A stretch of 64,000 nucleotides of DNA from NCBI RefSeq assembly GCF_001194135.2, contig NC_068981.1:145718324-145782323 (forward strand), written 5' to 3'. The notes below the pieces were generated by a model that saw only the letters and a list, made by a program, of their open reading frames with translations, was not told the DNA's origin and did no database searches. Made by a program: the position numbers and the translations under genes. Below are positions 36,885 to 47,688 of this stretch, in pieces (position 1 is the first letter of the stretch; the number at the start of each line of letters is the position of its first letter). This stretch comes from Octopus bimaculoides. Taxonomy: Eukaryota.

Positions 36885-39369
36885 ACCAAGTTGAGTTGGT
36901 GGGCATGGTAGTGGACATGAACTGCAAATGGTACAATGGCACACAGTTTCACTTCAATACAACCTCATGAGTGAGGCACCATTGTAGCATTGGCAACTCA
37001 TAAATGGCCATTAACATCGATAAAGTTCCATACAGACAATATATATACTTCAGATGCTGCTTAATATCCAACATTTTTTCTGGTAATATTGTTAAAAACA
37101 TAGTGCAAAATGAGTGAGAGCTGTTTAGTTTTGAAAATGGCCTTGGTTTCATCTACACCTAATGCAAAAGTGCCTAAGTTAGAAACAGCTCAAACCTTTT
37201 GTGTGTGTATGTGCATGTGTGTGCATGTGTGCATGCGTACATGTGTGTGTGCATGCATGTGTTCATGCATGTGTGTGCGTGTGTGTATGTTACTAATGCC
37301 ATGATAGAAAGAAACTCATTCTGAATGTTGTAATATAAGTATTTTTCATCTTGTGACCCCTTCCATCATATACTGCTTCATGATATCAAGCTCATTATTC
37401 TTCACACATTGATAAGCCCTTGTCCACCATGTCCATATCAGAAAAATCTGGTGCTATACTGTTTAATCATAAAACAGAGGTAAAAATGGGTATGTAGTGC
37501 CTATTTTCATGAACTTCTTTTCATAAGTTCCATTGGTCATAAATAGTGCAAAATATTCTTTTTTCAAAATTATTGGTTGTCACTCCAAGCAGAAATAGCT
37601 GTAATATGGAATTAAGAGTTCTGATGCTTAATCAAAACACCCTTTTGTTCAGCAGTATGCTTCCCATTGAGAAAGCTTGTCTTAGAGAATGCTTACTCAT
37701 ATGCTATTTTGATTTATCTGGTGGTAAAAACAATATATTTTCATATTCTGATATGCTTTATTTCATCTATGAATGGGATTTCAAAAACTCCGAACTGAGT
37801 GAATACTAGATATTTCATTCAACATGAATGCTTCTTCCTATGGCTTCGTCTCCATGAAGTGATAGGTCAAAGTTCATTTCAAGATCTTCAAGTAGTCAAT
37901 GTTGAAGTTTGTATTACCTACAGAGATGGCTGCTTTACATTTTGATTGGTGGAGATTGGTATCCGGTAGTATGTAACATTACCAGAAGATTCTGCATCTC
38001 AAACAGCTAAGAGTTTTAGTTTATTTATGCTATGCTGTTGAAATACTGTGGACATCCAATCCACTTCAGCCTTAACTTACATATCACTGATAAAGATTTA
38101 AAGTAATATATATATATATATATATATATTAACCCTGGAATGGAAATAGGGTACACAGGTGAACTTTACAATACAGCTCTTATCAACATAGAAAACAAAG
38201 TCAGTGACATAAAGGTCAAAAACTTTAAAAATACACCCCCACCTCAACCTAATAACACTCAAGTTAATAAACTATCAACAGAAGTTCAGAGTGAGACTTA
38301 ACACCATTTGACATTAAAATTATATATATCAATGACTATGAACCCAAGCTTACTGCATGTAAGAGGGCAATCTATTTTTGATAAAGTTCAATAATGAGTG
38401 ACTGTAATTTGCTTTCTAATACCCCTGGGGAAACTGGAAAGAAATTCCTGAGCATTCTGTTGCTTGTCAAAATTAAAGCAATATAAAAGCATAGCTATTG
38501 CATTTGCTTCTTCATCCATTGCTGCCTCATAGCACATTCTGTTTTCAAGCTCCTCTTAGACTTGTTCTCTAATGGTGCACATGCTTGCAACATTGACAAG
38601 AATGCAAGAATTGGAACCAAAAATTCTAAATGATTGTCTGAGATGAATGGACAATGATATACAAGAATACTCTGGAAGGTGCAGACAAGACTGTAGGACT
38701 TGTGTGACAATAAATCTCAGATGGGAGGTGTTATGTTCCTTCTTTCAGATCCATTTACTTATCCCAAAAGAAGAAAAGCTGATGAAATAAATGCTTGCCT
38801 TAAATAGCCATTGATTTTGAACAAAGTTAAATTCTTCAGTCTGTCTGCAAACATGATGGTCTACCTTTTTTGAGATCAGCTGTTATTTCAGTTTTCCAAA
38901 AATTTTTTACAAGTATGATAGGGAAGATTTCTTTTAGATTGTATTAGCATCACTAATCCAGTAGGGAGACAGTAAATGAATAGATATCAAAGATATTCAC
39001 TTAACTTCAATATCATTGCATAAAACACTTATGACTGTGTAAAAGAGCTATACTTACAGCCCAAAGATGTTACAGTCAACAGTATCGACTGACAGCTATT
39101 GCAGACACTGACACAAAATAGTCATAGTTACATACCAATAATGTTGTGGATAAAGAAGACATACTTGCTTATTCTGCAGCATTTTAAAGTTCCTTGCGAG
39201 TTTCAGATCTACCTCCACATAGACTTCAGCTACAAAAAAAGGTTCCCAATAATGCTGCTGTATAATTTAGAACAGTTGCCACTGTAGAATGGCACAAGAT
39301 TAATGGTTAGGAAACTTATGCTACATGTCATCAAAGCTACTTTCTCACTGAAGGGATCGATGGAGAGGC

Positions 39370-39551
39370 TCCAATTTTATTCAGAATTCCATTCATAACA
39401 CTCAGGTATTCCCGTTTGATTTAGAAGACTTCCGTTTCCGGTATACCTAAGCTTTACTACATCCCAAGGATAAGTAATACAAGTTGCTGGACAACATATT
39501 GAGGAATCTTGCTTTGCTAATGGTCAACTTTATGAAAAATGTTCAAGATGG
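39370..39551 (+). mobile_element. Helitron PIF1-type helicase C-terminal fragment
   Basis: FRRLPFPVYLSFTTSQG*VIQVAGQHIEESCFANGQLYEKCSR resembles the recalled consensus KRLQFPVRLAFAMTINKSQG...CFSHGQLYVACSR. Confidence 0.8.
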
Positions 39552-40492
39552 ATACAAATACCAAAGTTCTCATGTGGCCGGTTTGATAAATCTTGAGAGA
39601 TTTCTTTCTACGTGGAACCATTGATAGCTTTGCTAACCCACAAATAAAGTATATTTATACACCAATGTGGTGTTCAGCACACATTCTAACTGTTGATATC
39701 AGCATATGTATACACACACACATGCATATACATACCTACATATATATACGTGTGTGTGTGTGTGCGTGTGTGTGCAAAAACAATTGCATTGTCATACATA
39801 CACAATTATATAAATGCATTTATATGAAGTATATTTCCCTGAACATAAGCATTAAATGTACATATAGATATATGCACATGCATACACACATGAAAGCACA
39901 GATATACATACTTTCATATCTATACATATATGCATATATGTAGGTGTACATACATGTACAAATATGTGTGTACATGCATACAGAATATATACATACATAC
40001 TTACTCATGTGTGTAAATGTATGCATGTGCATGCGTGTACATTTAGAAAACTTCAACAGGAGGAATACACATATAAACAGCTGTAATATTCATATAAACA
40101 TTAGGCTTTGTTTCCTGTGTACACCACATGAAGATAATTGTGCATGTGTGAACATGTACAAATACACCCACAATAATAGATATCTATCTTCATCCAATCT
40201 GGTGACTTGTCCAAACCAATGCAACTCTCCTACACAGGATATCCTGATCTTCCATAGCAGTCTTTATATCCTCAACTTCATATCCAGTGCTTTCCACAAG
40301 TTGGTCTATAAATGCTCTTCTTTGTCTGCTAATACTTGTGTGGGTTTTCAGAGAAGATCATTGGATACTTTGACATATTAAGTACCAGTTGCATACTGGG
40401 GATCAATCTAATTGACTGACCCCCCCCCACCACAAAATTTCAGGCCTTGTGCTTAGAGTAGAAAATAATATACAGTATATCTATAACGAATC

Positions 40493-40907
40493 CATCATCA
40501 TCATCATCATCATTTAACATCTGTTGTCCATGCTGGCATGGGTTGGACATGTAAAGATCAAAAGCACCATTCGAGTGTTGGGCCTCACGGAGGCAATATG
40601 TTCAATACCGGTGTTACATAACAAGAACCCATGCCAATGCCATGTAAGAACAACCATTTTAGGGCTGCCCCTCATAGAGGCAATGTGACTTATGTCAGTG
40701 TTACATAAGTAGCACCCATGCTGATGGCATGTAAAAGCACTCAGTACACGCTCAGAGTGCTTGGCATTAAGAAGAGCATCCAGCTGTAGAAACCATGCCA
40801 AATCAGACTGGCATCTGGTGCAGCCCCTCAGCTTACCAGCCCTGGTCAAACTGTCCAACCCATGCCAGCATGGACAACAGATGTTAAATGATGATGATGA
40901 TGATGAT
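40493..40907 (+). mobile_element. RTE-type 3'-tail repeat carrying an inverted copy of its own 3' end
   Basis: 40493-40549 is the reverse complement of 40852-40907. Other family members lie at about 23975, 29468, 42945, 44676, 53825, 61740 and 63320. Confidence 0.75.
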
Positions 40908-40962
40908 AATAATAAAGACACACTCTGGCTTTGTTATAGATATATTGTATATTCTTTTCTAC

Positions 40963-41347
40963 TCTAGGAACAAGGCCTGAAATTTTGGGGTGAGGGGGGG
41001 TCAGTCAATTAGATCGACCCAGTACGCAACTGGTACTTAATTTATCGACCTCGAAAGGATGAAAGGCAAAGTTGACCTCAGTGGGATTTGAACTCAGAAC
41101 GTAAAGACAGACGAAATACCGCTAAGCATTTTGCCCAGCGTGCTAACGTTTCTTATTTCTTTACTGCCCACAAAGGGCTGCACACAGAGGAGACAAGCAA
41201 GGACAGACAAACGGATTAAGTCGAGTATATCGACCCCAGTGTGTAACTGGTACTTATTTAATCGACCCCAAAAGGATGAAAGGCAAAGATAAAATACCGC
41301 TAAGCATTTCGCCCAGCATGCTAACGTTTCTGCCAGCTCGCTGCCTT
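40963..41347 (-). mobile_element. SINE family B, composite or partly duplicated
   Basis: Two copies of atcgacc.c.aaaggatgaaaggcaaag and of aaataccgctaagcattt.gcccagc. Confidence 0.8.
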
Positions 41348-42830
41348 AGATATACTGTATATTAACACAATCCCTTCTACATAAAGCCTTTATCTTTGAC
41401 CTACTCCTGACCAAGTTAAACACATTGCATCTATATCAATGAACATACTTGTGTGATCCCAATAACAGCATAATGTTAGTCTCTAACCTCTTACGCAAAC
41501 AAACCTATACACACATGCATACATACATACATCACATACATATGCACACGCATACAGAATGCGTGTGTGTGTGTAATGTTTGTGTATTATATAGTGTAAT
41601 GTATGTTCCTTTGTTTGTAGAATCAGCAAAAATGAACTTCATACAATAGAAAATCAGTGTTATTTAATAAAAACAGGATTTATAGATGAGCTACTATAAG
41701 CTCCTGATTGGATAGTACAGTAATAAGATGTAATTTTGAAGTGTGTTGTGTAGTATCCTGTTATTCTACAATAGACTGCAGAATAGTACACACCATGCTA
41801 TAAATGCTCGTCTGATTATTGTGTTATCCTGAGGGTTTTAAGTGATATATATTCCATCTTTAATCTCCATTATGTCAACATCGCTAATGTAAAATTCTTC
41901 TCTGAAGACGAAGGCTGGTATTATCTGATGAGGGAATCAATTTACAATCATTATTTTGGACCACTAAGCGGCCCCCCCAGAAACAGCTGTTGGACTTGTA
42001 AAACTCTTATTCGACCCCTTTAATTCCTGATATCATTTCTATTCTGTGTAAGTCGAACTGTTTTATATGTAAACATATGTACATTTTTTTTTTGTATTAA
42101 ATGTATTTAGTATTTTTTGTATGTTGACTTGGCTAACTTCCTTATCGTTACATTTACTCTTTTACTTGCTCAAGTTTAAATCTTTTGGGCACTATGAAGT
42201 GTATTCTACACAGAGAATATCTGTCTCTCATCTATAAACTATATATGTATATAAATCTGTGTGTGTGAGAGAGAGAGGGGGGAGAGAGAAAGAAAGAAAG
42301 AGAGGGGGGAGGGAGAGAGAGAGTGAGAGAGAGAGAGAAATTATGATTAGACCTAAGAAGACGTTCAAACAATATAAATTGTGACCTGAAAGCAGCGTCT
42401 GTGCCAGGTGCTATACAAATCAAGCTTTTTATAACATGTTTTGCCCAGTTGCTTGACTGAGACCTGACAATATAAACAAATGACAATCTGTCATACTCAA
42501 TGAAGTAGCAGCTGCTCTCAAACAAGACAGACTTCCCTTTCACTCCACCCACCAAAACATACTTTCTGTCATCTTCCTACACTTTTGTCTCCTGACAAAC
42601 TAACTTAATTTTCACACACACACACACGCACATGTATATATATATCTGTGTGTGTGTGTGTGTGTGTGTACGTATGTGTATATACATATGTATGCACACA
42701 CACACACATATACACACAGAGTCAATTCAAAGAACAAACAATTAAAAACAGAGAAAAAAGAAAAAAATGAACATGAGGACTTGCATAAACAAAATATCAA
42801 TTTGACATTTGGTGAAAAGAGAAAGTTGAT

Positions 42831-42862
42831 AATGTTTCGAGCATAGCTCTTTGTCGGAAAGA
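42831..42862 (-). ncRNA. Degenerate hammerhead motif of the same family as 172-208
   Basis: UCUUU-CCGACAA-A-GAGC(UAU)GCUC-GAAAC-AUU, with two core substitutions. Confidence 0.35.
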
Positions 42863-42944
42863 GGGAAGTCCAAAGAGAAAGAAGGAAAAATAAGGAGAAA
42901 GCACCAGCAATCCACATGTGGTTGCATTTCTGAAGTGACCGATA

Positions 42945-43720
42945 TCATCATCATCATCATCATTTAATGTCCGCTTTCCATGCTAGCATGGGTTGGACGA
43001 TTTGACTGGGGAATGGCGAACCAGATGGTTACGCCAGACTCCAATCTGATCTGGCTGAGTTTTTTACAGCTGGATGCCCTTCCTAATGCCAACCACTCTG
43101 AGAGTGTAGTGGGTGCTTTTTACGTGCCACTGGCACGAGGGCCAGTCCGGCAGTACTGGCAATGGCCACGCTCAAATGGTGTTTTTTTACGTGCCACCTG
43201 CACAGGAGTCAGTCCAATGTTTTGTTCACATGCCACCAGCACAAGTGCCAGTAAGGCAAAGCTGGAAATGGTGCTTTTTATGTGCCACCAGCATGGAAGC
43301 GAGACCACTGCTCTGGCAGTGATCCTGCTTGGATGGTGCTGTTAGTGCTCCACTGGCATGGGTGCCAGTCATCGAATTTGGTTCAGTTCTGATCTCACTT
43401 GCCCCAACAGGTCTTCGCAAGCTGAGTTTAGTGTCCAATGAAGGAAGGTTGGCATGGGTGCCAGTCAATGAATTTGGTTCGATTTTCAATTTCATTTGCC
43501 TCAACAGGTCTTCGCAAGCAGGGTTTTGTATCCTAAGAAGGAAAGGTACGCATAAGTGGGCTGGCTACACCTCTGGTAAAGGCCATGGGTTATGGTCTCA
43601 CTTGTCTTGCCGGGTCTTCTCATGCACAGCATATTTCCAAAGGTCTTGGTCACAAGTCATTGCCTCAGTGAGACCTAATGCTCAAAGGTCGTGCTTCATG
43701 GTTCAAATACACAGGAAACA
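42945..43720 (-). mobile_element. Long copy of the RTE-type 3' repeat with a (CAT)n tail
   Basis: Starts catcatcatttaatgtccgctttccatgctagcatgggttggacg and has internal gtgccac/gtgccag repeats. Confidence 0.7.
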
Positions 43721-44675
43721 AAAGACAGGTGAGGGAACAACAAGCAGGTGTATTAGCTTAAAGCTTGGGAAGAATGGAAAAGTCTTTGATGTTTTGAGCT
43801 TATGCTCTTTGACAGAAAGGAATGCGAGTTTAAAAAATGGAGAGACAAAGAAAAAACAGAGAGAGAAAAAACTGTGTTGGGATTAATGGTTTAATGTGAT
43901 GAAATTGTAGTGAACCCTGACGGCTACAACAGGAATCAAAATGGAAAATGGATTTAATGAGAGGAATCTCCCTTGAGCTTCTAGAATGTTTGAGAGCTTT
44001 CTGGAAACTTCCAGTTTACGTGGAAGCCAGGGACTTCCGGTTCATCCCTTATATAAAGGAAGGAAATTCTGGCAGAAATGTTAGCACGCCGGGTAAAATG
44101 CTTAGCGGTATTTCGTCTGCCATTACGTTCTGAGTTCAAATTCCGCCAAGGTCGACTTTGCCTTTCACTATTTCACATTTCAGTTTTTTCATTATATATA
44201 TTTAAGACATTCTTGATTTATGTTCTATAGATCAGACTGTTAATTTTTAATGTTGGTGTACATGCTTCAAATTTCATAAAAATTAAGTCTAATTCATAGA
44301 GCACAATGCCTGAGTATTTTAGTATAAACAAATCTAAATGTGAAATAAAAAGAGATTTACCTCTGTTCCATGGTATTTAAAACTGCTTTTTTTAATCTTT
44401 TATCTTCTACTTGTTTCAGTCATTAGACTGTGGTCATGCTGGGGTACTGCCTTGGAAAACATTTTAGTCAAATTAATCAACCTATTCCTTTTTCGTTTTT
44501 TGTGTATTACCTTTTTGAAAATGAGATTTGTTAAATGAGGTATTTTGACAGTGACAGCATTCCAATATATGCTGCTTTTATATCTTTTGTGAAATATAGT
44601 TGTCTCCTTGTACTGTCATAGGTATGAATAGAACACATTAAGTAAACTTGATTTTGATATCAGTATATCGATATA

Positions 44676-45100
44676 TCATCATCATCATCAGCCTCATTTA
44701 AAGTCCACTCTCTGCTAGCATGGGTTAGACAAATTGACTGGATCTGATAAGCCAGAGAGCTGCACCAGGTTCCAGTTTGATTTGACGTGGCTTCTATGGC
44801 TGGATGCCCTTCCTAATACCAACCACTCCAGGAGTGTAATGGGTGCTTTTTACATGCCACTTGCATGGCTGCCATTTAAATGACATTGGCAGCAACCACA
44901 ACTATGATTCACGGGTACCATTTACATGGCACTGACAACAACCATAACTATGATGCACAGGTGCCATTTACATGGCACCAGTAGCGACCACAAATATGAT
45001 TCCCAGGTGCCACTTGCAAGACACAAGCAACAACTAATGATTCACAGATGCCCTTTATATGGTATCAGCAATGACCTCGACTAAGATTCACAGGTGCCAT
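44676..45100 (-). mobile_element. RTE-type tail repeat with an internal ~46-bp minisatellite
   Basis: The unit ggtgccatttacatggcac...aactatgattcaca is repeated about five times with divergence at 44870-45100. Confidence 0.65.
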
Positions 45101-45488
45101 CTATATATTTACTAGCTGAATAGCTCATTGTTGCCAGGCAATTTTTACAATAGAATGTCTTATATAAATTTTTGTTAATCCATGTCAGACCATGCCTTCT
45201 CTGACAGATAGGCCTTTTGATCAGGACAGATTTGTGCAATTTTTCACAAAAGAACTTCATTGAAGATTTTTTTTCCTTTTTAAATTATTTACATATCTGT
45301 TTGACCATTTCACATGACTTTATTCATTAAAACATATTAAAACTTCAGAAGTTCTTAGAACTATGGTCATCGTAATGCTTTGCTTTCATTTGTTTAATAA
45401 AAATTCCTCCTCCTAATGATTTTGTTTTCATTTTGTGATAGACAGCTATCATGCAGAAAAAGCCAGTTTCCAAATCCTGTTTTCTGAT

Positions 45489-45700
45489 TACTCTTTTACT
45501 TGTTTCAGTCATTTGACTGTGGCCATGCTGGAGCACCGCCTTTAGTCGAGTAAATCGACCCCAGGACTTATTCTTTGTAAGTCTAGTACTTATTCTATCA
45601 GTCTCTTTTGCCAAACCGTTAAATTACAGGGATGTAAACACACCAGCATTGGTTGTCAAGCAATGTTGGGGGGGACAAACACAGACACGCAAACACACAT
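45489..45700 (-). mobile_element. SINE family A, 3' half
   Basis: Inverted relative to the adjacent full-length copy. Confidence 0.85.
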
Positions 45701-45718
45701 ATATAGTAAAAGAGTATA

Positions 45719-46110
45719 AAGGCGCAGGAGTAGCTGTGTGGTAAGTAGCTTGCTTACCAACCACATGGTTCCGGGTTCAGTCCCACTGCATGGTACCTAG
45801 GGCAAGTGTCTTCTACTATAGCCATGGGCCGACCAAAGCCGTGTGAGTGGATTTGGTAGACGGAAACTGAAAGAAGCCCGTCGTATATATGTATATGTAT
45901 ATATATGTGTGTGTGTTTGTGTTTGTCCCCCAGCATCGCTTGACAACCGATGCTGGTGTGTTTACGTCCCCGTAACTTAGCGGTTCGGCAAAAGAGACCG
46001 ATAGAATAAGTACCAGACTTACAAAGAAAAAGTCCTGGGGTCGATTTGCTCGACTAAAGGCGGTGCTCCAGTATGACCGCAGTCAAATGACTGAAACAAG
46101 AAAAAGAGTA
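45719..46110 (+). mobile_element. SINE family A, full length
   Basis: Head ggcgcaggagtagctgtgtggtaag and B box ggttcagtccc; possible TSD AAAAGAGTATA at 45708-45718 and 46102-46112. Confidence 0.9.
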
Positions 46111-46331
46111 TATATATATATATATATATAACACAAACCCTTTTCTTTATTAACCACAGGGGTTATATATAACATAAACTAACAAACAACTCTTGTTTAT
46201 TAGGTTTTCCAAAACGCTGAGGCAATAATCATTGATTTTCTAAAATTTTCAATTTTTTAGGAATCAGTGCATGAATATCCTTGTGACGCAGAAGTGCGTC
46301 ACAGCACATCATTCGAGAATCACCGGCTTAC

Positions 46332-46560
46332 CGCTGCAGTGGACTAAGTTGTTCTGGATATCCAATACAGAACGCCTTTGGTTATAGATCCACTTGATTA
46401 TAGTCAACAAAGGGCTAAACAAATAAATCAAATGAATCTCTCCAGATGTTTCTAAAAATTTCATTTCATGAAATTTTGGAATCGAACTCCCTTTGCAAGT
46501 GATTTGAATTTGTGTTGAAACAAAAAATGGATCTTTTTGGTTTGATCCCCAAAAGATCCC
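46332..46560 (-). other. Candidate first (5') exon of a minus-strand transcript
   Basis: Consensus donor cagcg|GTAAGC at 46332/46331 in non-repetitive, relatively CpG-rich sequence. The 5' boundary is unknown. Confidence 0.3.
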
Positions 46561-46665
46561 CAAAAATTACTTTAAGGAAAAGTAATTTAAAAGTCATTTA
46601 TAACTCACATTTATCGTTACATTTACTTCCTTTTTTTTTATAGTATTGTATACTATTAAATGTCG

Positions 46666-47037
46666 GGCGATCTTACGGTACGAGTCCTAAATATCGGCCT
46701 TTTCCGTAAGAAGTGTCTTCAGCGATCTTTTCCAAAACACCTGCACGATTTTCACTACGGTGTTAGGGTTAGGGTTTTAGTGTCAGGGTTAGGGTTAGTG
46801 TTTAGGGTTACGGTTACGGTTAGGGACGGAATTCCCTAACCCAAACACTAAAACCCAAACCCTAACCCTAAACCCTTCAAAATAAATCGCGCTTTCTGTA
46901 TGTCTTTCGCTTTTATGACGTCGTTTCCCTGTTTCTCTCCAACACTTTTTATGGAAAAGGCCTATCTTTGCTAAAGATTGCCAAAGACACTTTTTACGGA
47001 AAAGGCCGATATTTAGGACTCATACCGGAAGATCGCC
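46666..47037. mobile_element. Merlin-like MITE containing head-to-head TTAGGG/CCCTAA repeats
   Basis: 54-bp TIRs with 3 mismatches (GGCGATCTT...); 8-bp TSD AAATGTCG at 46658-46665 and 47038-47045. Confidence 0.88.
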
Positions 47038-47378
47038 AAATGTCGAGTGCAGTGAAATTGTATCAGAGACCACATCATAGATGCACAACAAGACTTTATA
47101 GCATAAGATATACTATTGTAAAATAAAGTAAAAGTACAGACAAACCGTACATATATATATTTTAAATAGCTATCACAACTATACAAAAGTTAATTACACC
47201 ATTGAAGTTTATAATTTTACTGGAAAGATAACTACTTTACCAAGCTTCTTACAGGGAGGTAACTAAGTTCTGCTTTGTCCACCAATCGTATTTCCTCTAT
47301 TATACTTCTTCAGATTCTGCGTGTTTACTCCTCTTTGCACGTAATTTTCATTCACGTTTCAGCAAAGGTCTCCCTGGT

Positions 47379-47688
47379 ATGTCTAACTGGAATCAATTGA
47401 ACACTTACTACCGTATTATATACGACTACTTAAAACCAGAGCAAGTGATATCGTGTGCCGAAGGTGTATTGCAGTCTATTGTAGGGACACCAAACTCAGA
47501 CCAGGGCGACACTACCTTGGCTAGTAGTGACACGGCAAATGCTCCAGGTCGGCTGTGTTTTGTGAACAGTCCTGTACAAGTGAGGGTTTTACTTGGATTG
47601 CTTGCCTATTTCTTCATCACTGTTGTTCTTATTCATTTGGCCTGGCTTGTGTACGGATTTAATATAAATGAACTATTCGTACGATCTG
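47379..47688 (+). CDS. First or major coding exon of an uncharacterised single-pass membrane protein
   Basis: Acceptor ttcacgtttcag|47363, ATG at 47379, 103 open codons with the TM segment VLLGLLAYFFITVVLIHLAWLVYGF, and the consensus donor ctg|GTGAGT (phase 1). Confidence 0.7.

Noticed and set aside
39058-39229. Minus-strand exon candidate (ttttttgtag|ctgaag...|gtatgt or |gtaagt)
   Set aside because: Good splice signals, but no recognisable peptide or partner exon; cannot be supported without RNA data.
41925-41991. CUGAUGA...GAAACAGCUGUU hammerhead-like motif
   Set aside because: Stem I does not pair and stem II is long and broken; at best a decayed relic.
46761-46876. True telomere or chromosome-fusion site
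   Set aside because: The repeats are short, degenerate and enclosed by TIRs and a TSD, so they are transposon cargo.
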